DNA of 59,489 bases, counting the filler. It is 3 parts of 3 records of this genome, joined end to end, with 100 filler letters (N's around TTAATTAATTAA, not from the genome) between each part and the next. Parts side by side here need not be neighbours in the genome. Positions count along the whole stretch, not along the records: positions 1 to 27,242 come from SRR22947725_428; positions 27,343 to 49,141 come from SRR22947725_434; 1 more part is not named here. The stretch is one strand, 5' to 3'. The translations under genes were made by a program, and so were the position numbers. Positions 19,240-29,312 of this stretch are shown here, one piece after another. The notes beneath the pieces were generated by a model. It had not been told where the DNA came from, did no database searches, and worked only from the letters and a program-made list of their open reading frames with translations. Every line of letters begins with the position of its first letter. The first letter of the stretch is position 1.

Positions 19240-20411
19240 TAGTTTTTTAAAATTTTAGATGGATTTATAGATAAAAGATATGCCAATGAAATACTTGAAA
19301 ATAATACACTGCAGATAAGACTAAAAGATAAAGTATAGATAGCGTTATTTATACTAAATATTATAGGTAAATAACTGACAAAATAGATATTCTCAGAAAG
19401 AGATATAAATTGAAACTCTTCTTGCATGAAAATAATAAATAAAGATAACAAAATACCAAATATTGCTCCAATGAACGCCAATATCATTCCTTGAATAATA
19501 AATATTAATGATATTTTGCTATTCGACATACCATAAGTTTTCATGATTGCAAGATTATATCTTTTTTCATAAAAAAGAATGTTTATGGATCCCATTAAAT
19601 TAAAGTATGATACTAGTACGATTAAACTAAAAATAAAAATAATTGGCCATTGCTGTGTATCAATCCATTCAAAAAGATCGCTATGCCTATCATTGAGACT
19701 TAATTGATAAAATGGATAGTCTACATTATCTATATTTAGAGATGGATCAAAATTCATCCAACCGGTTATGCTATCGTCTAAATTAAAATAAGATTGAACT
19801 GTATTTATGGGAATAAATACTAACCTTGAATCATAGTCTTCTATACCAGAATGATATATTTCTTTTATCTCTAACAATAAAAATCTACTTCTTTCTATTC
19901 CCTTTTTAGATATTAAAGGATTAAAAATAACAATTTCATCTCCTATTGATAGATTGAGGTTCTTTGCAAGCAGACTACCGACTACAATATGATTTTCACT
20001 TATAGTATCTAGATTAGTATTCAAACTACTGAAAAGATTAAATTCCTTAAAATCTTTCTTATCTAAACCGTATATTAAAATATTACTGCTATTATCTTTT
20101 GACTTCAGGATAGCTGGCTTTTCAACATAAGGAACTAAACTAGATGAAAATCCACTATAAAAATCAGGCATTAATGATTGATCCGTTGAAAATTCGTCTT
20201 CAAATAGATGATTAATTGTTGTGTAGCCACTAATAGAAGATAATTTTTCAGATACCTTATTCTCAAATCCGCTAACTGCACCTAAAACGATATTTAGTGA
20301 AGCTATTCCAAGAGCTAAACTTATAATTGAAACTATATTAGTTGTTTTGAATAAAAAATTACTTTGTGATGAAAAAAATAGCCTTTTTAAAACAAGAAAA
20401 ACTAGTTTCAT
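19239..20411 (-). CDS. LolC/LolE-family ABC permease
   Basis: AVSGF after TM1, YHSGIEDYD, AIMKTYG, IYFVSYLP. Confidence 0.85.
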   Translation of the reverse strand: MKLVFLVLKRLFFSSQSNFLFKTTNIVSIISLALGIASLNIVLGAVSGFENKVSEKLSSISGYTTINHLFEDEFSTDQSLMPDFYSGFSSSLVPYVEKPAILKSKDNSSNILIYGLDKKDFKEFNLFSSLNTNLDTISENHIVVGSLLAKNLNLSIGDEIVIFNPLISKKGIERSRFLLLEIKEIYHSGIEDYDSRLVFIPINTVQSYFNLDDSITGWMNFDPSLNIDNVDYPFYQLSLNDRHSDLFEWIDTQQWPIIFIFSLIVLVSYFNLMGSINILFYEKRYNLAIMKTYGMSNSKISLIFIIQGMILAFIGAIFGILLSLFIIFMQEEFQFISLSENIYFVSYLPIIFSINNAIYTLSFSLICSVLFSSISLAYLLSINPSKILKN

Positions 20412-21883
20412 TTCAAAGATTTAAGTGTGGGAAAGATAATTGCGTCTCTAATCCACCTAGTGTCAATAAACAGCATGACTAATCGATCAATACCAATACC
20501 AACACCTGCAGTTGGAGGCATTCCAATTTCTATAGCCTCTAAAAAATTTTCATCTACAGGAAAAGCTTCTTCATCTCCACTATCTTTTTTAGCTGACTGA
20601 TCTTCAAATCTTTTTCTTTGATCTATTGGATCATTTAATTCAGAAAATCCATTTGCAAATTCCATACCTGCGATAAACAATTCAAATCTTTCAGTAAAGT
20701 CTGAGTCACCATCTCTATTTACTTTAGCTAAAGGTGAAATTTCTACAGGATGATTCATAACATAGGTAGGGTTGATTAAATTTGGTTCAACTTTCCTTCT
20801 CATTATCTCATCAATCATTTTTGCAAGACTATCAGTTTTTTTAACTTTTAAATCTAACTTTTTACATACATCAAATACTGCTTTACTATCTGTTAAATCT
20901 ATAGAATGTCCAGTATGTTCCTTAATTAGTTCATCCATTGTTTTTCTAGCAAACTTTTTAGTTAAATCAATATCATTTCCATCCCATGATATTTTTTTAA
21001 CACCTAAATCTTCTGCTATTTTCTTGAACATTTCTTCAACAAAATCCATCATAAAATTATAATCTGAATATGCTTGATAGAATTCAAGCATAGTAAATTC
21101 TGGATTATGGCTTCGGTCAATACCTTCATTTCTAAAATCTTTTGACATCTCATATACTTTTTCAAATCCACCTACAATCAATTGCTTTAAATACAATTCT
21201 GTAGCAATTCGTAGAAAGAACTCTTGATCTAATGCATTATGAAATGTTTTAAATGGCTTAGCATTAGCTCCTCCATATACTGGCTGTAAAACAGGTGTTT
21301 CAACCTCTATATATCCATTCTTATTTAAAAATTCTCTTATAGAGTTAATCATTTTAAATCTTGTGATATAATTATCTTTTGTTTCAGGATTAATAATCAT
21401 ATCAAGATAACGTTTTCTATATCTTAATTCTTTATCAGATACTGAATTGTATTTTTCTCCATCCTTCTCTTTAACATCGGGAATAGGTCTTAAGTTTTTA
21501 CTTAATATAGTTACCTTTTCAGCTTTTACAGTAATTGCTTCTGTTTTTGTAATAAAAACTATACCATTAATACCAATAAAATCTCCGATATCGACTAGCT
21601 TGAATAAGTTGTAATTATCCTCTCCGACATCATCTCTAGCAATATATAGCTGAACTCTACCTTTCTCATCTTGTATGTTAGCAAAAGCAGCTTTTCCCAT
21701 TTTTCTTAAAGACATTACTCTTCCAGCTACGGATACATTTTGGTCAATACAATCCTTAGTAATTTCTAGAGTTGAATGAGTAGTATTAAATTCATAGGGA
21801 TATGGATTTACACCTAACTGGCGAATTTTATCTAATTTTTCGTGTCGGTTAGCAATTATTTGTTTTAAGCTTTTATTTTCCAT
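20408..21883 (-). CDS. lysS: Lysine--tRNA ligase (class II)
   Basis: LRIATELYLK, FRNEG, HNPEFTMLEFY, GMPPTAGVGIGIDRL. Confidence 0.98.
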   Translation of the reverse strand: MENKSLKQIIANRHEKLDKIRQLGVNPYPYEFNTTHSTLEITKDCIDQNVSVAGRVMSLRKMGKAAFANIQDEKGRVQLYIARDDVGEDNYNLFKLVDIGDFIGINGIVFITKTEAITVKAEKVTILSKNLRPIPDVKEKDGEKYNSVSDKELRYRKRYLDMIINPETKDNYITRFKMINSIREFLNKNGYIEVETPVLQPVYGGANAKPFKTFHNALDQEFFLRIATELYLKQLIVGGFEKVYEMSKDFRNEGIDRSHNPEFTMLEFYQAYSDYNFMMDFVEEMFKKIAEDLGVKKISWDGNDIDLTKKFARKTMDELIKEHTGHSIDLTDSKAVFDVCKKLDLKVKKTDSLAKMIDEIMRRKVEPNLINPTYVMNHPVEISPLAKVNRDGDSDFTERFELFIAGMEFANGFSELNDPIDQRKRFEDQSAKKDSGDEEAFPVDENFLEAIEIGMPPTAGVGIGIDRLVMLFIDTRWIRDAIIFPTLKSLK

Positions 21884-21895
21884 ATCGAAAGAAAC

Positions 21896-22991
21896 TTATT
21901 TATTTTTTTCCATTTTATCTAATAAATAACTATACATAAAGTCATCTATATTTCCATCCATAACTGCCTTTACATTACCTACTTCAAATTTAGTTCTATG
22001 GTCTTTAATCATGTTATATGGATGAAATACATAAGATCTTATTTGATTGCCCCAGGCAATATCCTTTTTTTCTCCCTCAAGTATTTTTTTTGACTCTTCT
22101 TGTTTTTCAATTTCTAATTGATAAAGCTTTGACTTTAATACCTTTAGAGCTTGCTCTTTATTTTTATGTTGAGATCTTTGAGTTTGACATTGAGTAACTG
22201 TTCCTGTCGGCAAATGGGTGATTCTAATAGCAGAATCAGTTTTATTGACATGCTGCCCTCCAGCACCACTAGCTCGAAATGTATCTATCCTTAGTTCTTT
22301 TGGATTGATTTCTATTTCAACATCTTCATCAATTGATGGATAAATAGATACGGAAGCAAAAGAGGTATGTCTACGACTATTGGAGTCAAACGGCGATATT
22401 CTTACCAATCTATGTACTCCTATTTCTGATTGTAGTAATCCATAAGCATAATCTCCTGCAATCTCAATAGTGCAATCTTTAATACCTGCTTCATCTCCTG
22501 CTTGAAAATCAATCACATTAAACTTGAATCCCTTAGACTCTGTCCACATAGAATACATTCTATATAACATTTGAGCCCAATCTTGACTTTCTGTACCACC
22601 AGCACCTGGATGGATTGAAATAATAGCATTTTTAGAGTCATTCTTTGAATTGAGTATTAATTTTAATTCAAATTCTTTAATAAGTTTCGCAAGATGTTCA
22701 ATTTCTTCTGAAAACTCTTTTTCTTCAATCTGTCCATCATTTAAAAATTCAAACATTACTTTGATATCGCTAGCTTTTTCAGATAAGCTTTTTCTTAAGT
22801 TAATATCTTTTTCACACATCGAAATTTCTTTCATAATAGACGTTGTCTTTTTGTTATTATCCCACAAAGATGGGTCTGAGATTTGATCTTTTAAATTATT
22901 TAAATGAGCATCTTTAGCTTCAAGGTCAAAGATGCCTCCTAATTTGATCAAACTTTTCTAGAAGAGAATTATACTGGTCTTTTAAATCCAT
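21896..22991 (-). CDS. prfB: Peptide chain release factor 2 with programmed +1 frameshift
   Basis: SPF and GGQ motifs; true start ATG 22991 (MDLKDQYNSLLEKFDQIRRHL), then CTT TGA C at 22925-22931. Confidence 0.96.
22925..22940 (-). promoter_or_regulatory. prfB +1 frameshift cassette
   Basis: AGGAGG-CAT-CTT-TGA-C (internal SD, slippery Leu codon, UGA). Confidence 0.95.
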
Positions 22992-24442
22992 GTACTAAGT
23001 AAAAATCCTAATGTAAGTAACATACCAGTTAAGAAGTGAATTCCAATTGTAGAAACATTAACAATTAATAATTCATATGGAAGTTGTTGAAGGTTTGCAT
23101 CTTCTTTTTCCCATTGATCTAACCAGCTGCTTCCTTTTTTTGAAGCAAAATTAAAAATTAATAAAGGAAGTAAAGCTATGAGCGTAAATAAATTACTAGT
23201 ATACAAAGATGCACCAAGAATAATTGTAAATGACAACATCATTAAATTTTTCCATACTTTGAATGGAGCTCTATAATTTGCTTTGTTTCCAGGGCCAGCC
23301 AGCCTAACAACCCAACTATTCTTATTAGCTGCTTTGTCGGCATTGTAGTCTTGAAAACAATTAATGAATAATACTAATGCTATAAAAATACCAACAGGTA
23401 CTGAAAAAAGTAGAGTAGTTATAGGATCTACAGACTGATTCTGCATGTATGCTGCGCCATAAACCATTAGGGGACCAAATCCGATAAACACTGCTAAATC
23501 GCCAAGACCATTGTAAGCAAGTTTTAAAAAACCTGTATACATAATACCTAGAAATACCCCTATTAATCCCAAATACATCAATATGGACATAGCTAGATAG
23601 TCTCCAAAAAGAAGATTATTAAGTTCTAAACCAATTCCAATTGTAGCGCTAAAAAATAGCACAGATACAAATAACATATTTGCTGGGGTCATCAGTCCAG
23701 ATTGAATTGTTCTTGATCCCCCATTAAAAGGACTAGCTAATTTATTTAGTTCATCGTTTCTAGATTTATGATCAAAATAGTCATTAATAGTATTTGTACC
23801 ACATTGGGCAAATATTGCTCCTAATAATACAAGCCAAAAAATTGACCAATCAAATGTACCAAATTGTTTGTAAGCAATAGCCGATCCTAATAAAATTGGA
23901 GCAATTGTTGCTGTCAAGAATGGTGCCCTAACAACAGTCATCCAATATTTAATGGTTCTGCTGACATTACCCAACAACTCCGATATTACACTTGGCTTAT
24001 TATCGGGAATTTCTATCCATTCAAACTGAGTTTCAGCGAAGAAATCAACATATTTTATTACTGTTGGTTCTATTTTATAGTATCCAACTACATCATTAGC
24101 AATTAAGAAGTCATCGTGCATATATTCAGAAAAAGCTTTAGTAACCTTCAATATTGCTTCTCTGGCCTTATCTTTTTCTTCAGTATCGGTTATCTTTTTA
24201 GCAAATCCATCAATTTGTAATTCCTTAATTCCATCTTCGCCGTCTGGCCTAATAACGCATTGGACTTTTGGATTAAAAGCAATCTGAACAGCCTTTCTAG
24301 TTGGATTAAATGTAAAGAAATATATATCTAAGCCATCATTTGAAAAATACACATTTGCAGCGGAAGAATTTCCTGCAACACTAGTAGAAAGAGTCATAAA
24401 ATCTGATCTTTCCATTAAATCCATAATTTTTTCTTTTAACAT
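22982..24442 (-). CDS. Fusion: N-terminal pyridoxamine 5'-phosphate oxidase-like split barrel + MenA/UbiA prenyltransferase
   Basis: aa ~1-145: MTLST, IYFFT..TRKAVQIAFNPKV, LQIDG, YKIEP; aa ~165-486: RAPFL, NDYFDHKSRND, GGSR, GLGD, NCFQDYNADKAANK, multiple TM helices. Confidence 0.85.
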   Translation of the reverse strand: MLKEKIMDLMERSDFMTLSTSVAGNSSAANVYFSNDGLDIYFFTFNPTRKAVQIAFNPKVQCVIRPDGEDGIKELQIDGFAKKITDTEEKDKAREAILKVTKAFSEYMHDDFLIANDVVGYYKIEPTVIKYVDFFAETQFEWIEIPDNKPSVISELLGNVSRTIKYWMTVVRAPFLTATIAPILLGSAIAYKQFGTFDWSIFWLVLLGAIFAQCGTNTINDYFDHKSRNDELNKLASPFNGGSRTIQSGLMTPANMLFVSVLFFSATIGIGLELNNLLFGDYLAMSILMYLGLIGVFLGIMYTGFLKLAYNGLGDLAVFIGFGPLMVYGAAYMQNQSVDPITTLLFSVPVGIFIALVLFINCFQDYNADKAANKNSWVVRLAGPGNKANYRAPFKVWKNLMMLSFTIILGASLYTSNLFTLIALLPLLIFNFASKKGSSWLDQWEKEDANLQQLPYELLIVNVSTIGIHFLTGMLLTLGFLLSTWI

Positions 24443-24443
24443 A

Positions 24444-25220
24444 TTATTTATCCCCTATATCACTCATTTTTTCTTTTAAAATATTACCCAATTCTTCTAA
24501 AGTCAGTGCAGAACTTATAAAATATCCATTTTCTGCGATAGATATTTTTCCCGTTTCTTCAGATAATACCAAAGCGAGAGCATCACTCTCTTCTGAAATT
24601 CCTAATGCAGCTCTATGACGAGTTCCCATTTCAGGATTTAAAGTTTTACTTTCTGTTAATGGCAATATACATGCAGCTGCTTCTATAATATTACTATGAA
24701 TAATAACAGCTCCATCATGTAATGGAGAAGAAGGATTAAAAATCGATACTAATAATTCAGGACTGAATATCGCCCCCATCCTTACTCCGTCAGCACTAAT
24801 AGTCTTTAATGAATTTTCTCTTTCAAAAATAATAATGGCACCCCATTTATTCTTTTTAATCTCATTGATACATGCAATAATTTCATCCTGAATAGAAAGT
24901 TTTTCAATCTGAAATAGCTTTCTTAGTATTCTATTCTGTCCAACAGATGTCAATAGTCTTCTTATTTCTGGTTGAAATAAAATGACAAATACAACAACCC
25001 AAACTGTTTGAAATAAATTTAACAGCCATGAAGTGGCTCTGAAACCAAGAATATTTACGACAAATCCTGCAAAAAAGAGAATTAACAAACCAATTAGCAT
25101 CTGTCCCCCTCTAGTTCCTCTAAAATAGGAATATGCGTAAGAAAAGATGAATGAAATGAGAACCAGATCAAATAAGTCGGTAAGTGTAAATTTTATAAAG
25201 CTGATTTCAAATAGATTCAT
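24444..25220 (-). CDS. cdaA: Diadenylate cyclase (CdaA/DacA type)
   Basis: Three N-terminal TMs, FQPEIRR, LHDGAVII (DGA), GTRHRAA (RHR), SEETG. Confidence 0.93.
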   Translation of the reverse strand: MNLFEISFIKFTLTDLFDLVLISFIFSYAYSYFRGTRGGQMLIGLLILFFAGFVVNILGFRATSWLLNLFQTVWVVVFVILFQPEIRRLLTSVGQNRILRKLFQIEKLSIQDEIIACINEIKKNKWGAIIIFERENSLKTISADGVRMGAIFSPELLVSIFNPSSPLHDGAVIIHSNIIEAAACILPLTESKTLNPEMGTRHRAALGISEESDALALVLSEETGKISIAENGYFISSALTLEELGNILKEKMSDIGDK

Positions 25221-25231
25221 ATAAGTATAAT

Positions 25232-26083
25232 TTAAGTATTTAAAGTGTTTGAATTAAAAATTTTATTTGCAATAGTTAATGCTCTTTTTGTTTCTACTAT
25301 ATCATGCACTCGAAAAATCTTACATCCTCTTTCTAAGGCTATAACATTTGATACTATTGTTCCTTCAATTCTATTATTTTCATCCACATCTAAAGTCTTA
25401 CCAATAAAAGATTTTCTTGATGCTCCAACTAATATTGGATAACCAAGCTGAGCAAACTGATCAATATTATTAATAATAGAAAAATTATTATTTATTGTTT
25501 TACCAAATCCAATTCCTGGATCCAAAATAATGTTATACTCTTTTACTCCGTTTTTTATAGCAAATTTTGCTCTATCTAACAAATGAGTAGTAATATCTGA
25601 TATGACATCATTATAGGAAGGGTTTTCTTGCATTGTCTTGGGATTACCCGCTATATGCATCAAAACAACAGGGCAGTCATACTTTTTAATCGTATCGATC
25701 ATTTTATCATCAAATAGTAATCCACTGATATCATTTACAAGATTTGCCCCAGCATTACACGCACTATCAGCAACTGATGATTTTGTAGTGTCTATAGAAA
25801 TAACAGTATCTGTTTTTTCTCTCAATTTCTTGATGACAGAAATCACTCTAGATAACTCTTCCTTTTCGGATACTGATTCAGAGAATGGTCTTGTAGATTC
25901 TCCACCTATATCAATAATATCTGCACCGTCAGCAATCATATCCATAGCATGGCTTACTGCATTAGTAGGATCTAGAAATTTTCCACCGTCAGTAAAAGAG
26001 TCTGGAGTAACATTTAATACCCCCATAATGAGTGGTTGTTGATTTTCTGAAAGCAACCAATCATTTAATTCAGAAATATTCAC
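25232..26083 (-). CDS. folP: Dihydropteroate synthase
   Basis: MGVLNVTPDSF, GGESTRP, DPGIGFGK, SRKSF, RVHD; GTG start. Confidence 0.97.
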   Translation of the reverse strand: MNISELNDWLLSENQQPLIMGVLNVTPDSFTDGGKFLDPTNAVSHAMDMIADGADIIDIGGESTRPFSESVSEKEELSRVISVIKKLREKTDTVISIDTTKSSVADSACNAGANLVNDISGLLFDDKMIDTIKKYDCPVVLMHIAGNPKTMQENPSYNDVISDITTHLLDRAKFAIKNGVKEYNIILDPGIGFGKTINNNFSIINNIDQFAQLGYPILVGASRKSFIGKTLDVDENNRIEGTIVSNVIALERGCKIFRVHDIVETKRALTIANKIFNSNTLNT

Positions 26084-26086
26084 TTC

Positions 26087-27242
26087 TTATTTATTGATTT
26101 TTTTTGAGAGTTTCTTACCAGCGACTAACAATTTAATATCTGCTTCATCGATTGTTTCATGTTCTAATAACTGATCTGCCATTAAATGCAATAAGTCTAT
26201 ATGATCTGTTAAAATCTTATGTGAAGTTTTTTGTGCATCTTTAATAATAGTAACCACCTCATGGTCAATTTGCTGAGCAGTCTGTTCACTATAGTCTCTA
26301 TGAGATTGAATTTCTCTTCCTAAGAAGATTTCTTCATTCTTTTTACCAAAAGACATTGGACCCATAGCCTCACTCATACCCCACTCACACACCATTTTTC
26401 TTGCAATACTAGTTGCTCTTTCGATATCGTTTGAAGCGCCAGTGGTAATTTCATTAAATATAATTTCCTCAGCAGATCTTCCACCCATCATTACAGCCAA
26501 TCTGCTCAAAATATATGTCTTTGAGTATCCATGCTTTTCATCTATAGGCAATTGCATCGTGACTCCAAGAGCTCTTCCTCTAGGAATAATAGTAACTTTA
26601 TGAACAGGATCTGCTTCAGGAGAAAAAATAGCTACAACAGCATGTCCAGCTTCGTGATAAGCTGTGACTTTCTTTTCTTCATCAGACAAAACCATACTTT
26701 TTCTTTGAACACCCATTAAAACTTTATCTTTTGCTTCTTCAAAATCATTATTGTCTACAGTTGCTTTTCTTTTTCTAGATGCTAAAAGCGCCGCTTCATT
26801 AACTAGGTTTGCTAGATCAGCACCAACCATACCTGGAGTACCTTTTGCAATATCACGGAGCTTAACAGACTTTTTATTAATCTTTATTTTTTTTGTATGT
26901 ATTTTTAAAATATCATATCTGCCTTGTAAGTCAGGTACATCAACAACTACTTGACGATCAAATCGACCTGGTCTTAATAATGCAGAGTCTAATACATCAG
27001 GTCTGTTAGTTGCAGCCATAACAATAACACTACTACTATTTTCAAAACCATCTAACTCAACTAGTAATTGATTCAAGGTTTGTTCTCTTTCATCATGACC
27101 TCCACCAACTCCTGCTCCTCTTTGTCTACCTACGGCATCTAATTCATCTATAAAAATAATTGCAGGAGAATTTTTATTAGCTTGCTCGAATAAGTCACGC
27201 ACCCTTGAAGCACCAACACCTACAAACATTTCAACAAAATCA
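26087..27242 (-). CDS. ftsH: ATP-dependent zinc metalloprotease FtsH (5' truncated at contig end)
   Basis: [31 protein letters not shown]; frame open up to the gap. Confidence 0.97.
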
Positions 27243-27342
27243 NNNNNNNNNNNNNNNNNNNNNNNNNNNNNNNNNNNNNNNNNNNNTTAATTAATTAANN
27301 NNNNNNNNNNNNNNNNNNNNNNNNNNNNNNNNNNNNNNNNNN
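27243..27342. other. Artificial contig linker
   Basis: 44 N + TTAATTAATTAA (stops in all six frames) + 44 N; genes truncated on both sides. Confidence 0.98.
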
Positions 27343-28418
27343 ATGAACTAGAAAACGTCGCAAAAAAAATAACTACAGACAAAATAGTTTTAAAAGCTCA
27401 AATTCATGCTGGAGGAAGGGGAAAGGCTGGCGGGGTCAAGGTTGTAAATAGTATCGATGAATTAAAAAAAGAAGCAAAAGAATTATTTGGGAAAATTTTA
27501 GTAACACATCAAACTGGACCTCAAGGAAGAGAAGTAAAAAGATTATATTTGGAGGATGCCTCTGAAATTGAAAAGGAATTTTATCTTTCGTGCTTAGTAG
27601 ATAGAGCAACTTCAAAAATTGCATTTATTTCAAGTGCAGAAGGTGGAATGGATATTGAAGAAGTTGCCGCAAAAACTCCCGAAAAAATATTTACATCAAG
27701 AGTTGGTATTGGAGAAGAAGTAAATCATGATGATATTTTGAAAATACTCAAACCTTTTGATTTAAAAGGAGACGCATTAGAGGATGGAAAGAAAATAGTG
27801 AATGCTTTGTATAAATCTTTAATAAAAACTGACGCTAATTTAATTGAAGTAAATCCCTTAATAGTAACCAAAGATAATAAAGTTATTTGTTTAGATGCTA
27901 AAATAAATTTTGATGATAATGCATTATTTAGACACCCCGAGATTCTTGAACTCAGGGATTTAAATGAAGAAGATCCAATGGAAATCGAAGCCAGCAAGCA
28001 CGACCTTGCATACATTAAGCTAGACGGACAAATTGGATGTATGGTCAATGGTGCGGGATTAGCAATGGCTACTATGGATATTATAAATTTATATGGATCA
28101 GAGCCTGCCAACTTTTTAGATGTAGGCGGAGGAGCATCTAAGGAAAAGGTTAAGGCGGCATTTAAAATTATTTTATCAGATAAAAATGTTAAAGGAATTT
28201 TGATTAATATTTTTGGGGGAATTATGAAATGTGATGTGATTGCTGAAGGTGTGATTGCAGCTGCAAAAGAAACGGAACTTAATATTCCATTAGTTGTCAG
28301 GTTAGCAGGTACAAATTTTGAAAAAGGAAAAGAAATATTAAACAAGTCAGGTTTAAAGATTATCCCAGCTGATGATTTAAATGATGCTGCAAAAAAAATT
28401 GTTGAGGCTATAAAATAA
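27343..28418 (+). CDS. sucC: Succinyl-CoA synthetase beta subunit (5' truncated)
   Basis: [16 protein letters not shown] in frame upstream of the track start; [25 protein letters not shown]. Confidence 0.97.
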
Positions 28419-28419
28419 A

Positions 28420-29295
28420 ATGTCTGTTTTGGTTAATAAAAATACAAAATTAATCTGCCAGGGTTTTACAGGAGCCAATGGTACATTTCATTCCGAGCAG
28501 GCTATCGCATATGGTACAAATTTAGTAGGAGGTGTGACGCCAAAAAAAGGTGGTCAAATTCATTTAGATAAACCGGTGTTTAATACTGTTAAGGAAGCCG
28601 TAGATGAAACAGGTGCTGATGCAACAATGATTTATGTGCCTGCAAAATTTGCGGCGTCAGCTATCATAGAGGCTATAGAATCAAAAATACCTTTAATTGT
28701 TTGCATCACGGAAGGTATTCCAATTCTTGATATGATCAAAGTTAAAGAAAGATTGCAACAATCAGGTTCAAGACTGATTGGCCCAAACTGTCCTGGAATT
28801 ATTACGCCAGATGAATGTAAAATTGGTATTATGCCGGGGCATATACATAAAAAGGGTACAGTTGGAATTGTATCTCGATCTGGAACACTCACTTATGAAG
28901 CTGTTGCCCAAACAACCGCCGAAGGTTTGGGGCAATCAACATGCATTGGTATTGGCGGTGATCCAGTAAATGGTACAAATTTTATTGATTGTTTAGATTT
29001 ATTTTTAAAAGATGATGAAACTGAATCAATTATTATGATAGGAGAAATCGGAGGATCTGCAGAAGAGGAGGCAGCAGAATTTTTAAAAAATCATTCTATC
29101 AAAAAGCCAACAGTTGGTTTTATTGCTGGTATTACAGCTCCGCCAGGTAGAAGAATGGGTCACGCTGGAGCAATTATTGCTGGCGGAAAAGGTGGAGCTC
29201 AAGACAAGATCAAAACAATGCAATCGTGCGGAATCACAGTTACAAATTCTCCAGCTGATATTGGAAAAACATTGAAATCAGTGTTGAATGGTTGA
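28420..29295 (+). CDS. sucD: Succinyl-CoA synthetase alpha subunit
   Basis: [27 protein letters not shown]. Confidence 0.98.
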   Translation: MSVLVNKNTKLICQGFTGANGTFHSEQAIAYGTNLVGGVTPKKGGQIHLDKPVFNTVKEAVDETGADATMIYVPAKFAASAIIEAIESKIPLIVCITEGIPILDMIKVKERLQQSGSRLIGPNCPGIITPDECKIGIMPGHIHKKGTVGIVSRSGTLTYEAVAQTTAEGLGQSTCIGIGGDPVNGTNFIDCLDLFLKDDETESIIMIGEIGGSAEEEAAEFLKNHSIKKPTVGFIAGITAPPGRRMGHAGAIIAGGKGGAQDKIKTMQSCGITVTNSPADIGKTLKSVLNG

Positions 29296-29301
29296 TATAA
29301 T
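29272..29301 (+). promoter_or_regulatory. Putative internal sigma70 promoter for sucAB-lpdA
   Basis: TTGAAA-18 nt-TATAAT with extended -10 TG; ends 11 nt before the sucA ATG. Confidence 0.5.
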
Positions 29302-29312
29302 GCTTTTAAAAA

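Noticed and set aside
27287-27298. TTAATTAATTAA palindrome (also at 49186-49197) as a biological repeat or site
   Set aside because: It is centred in identical N runs and is a six-frame-stop assembly spacer.
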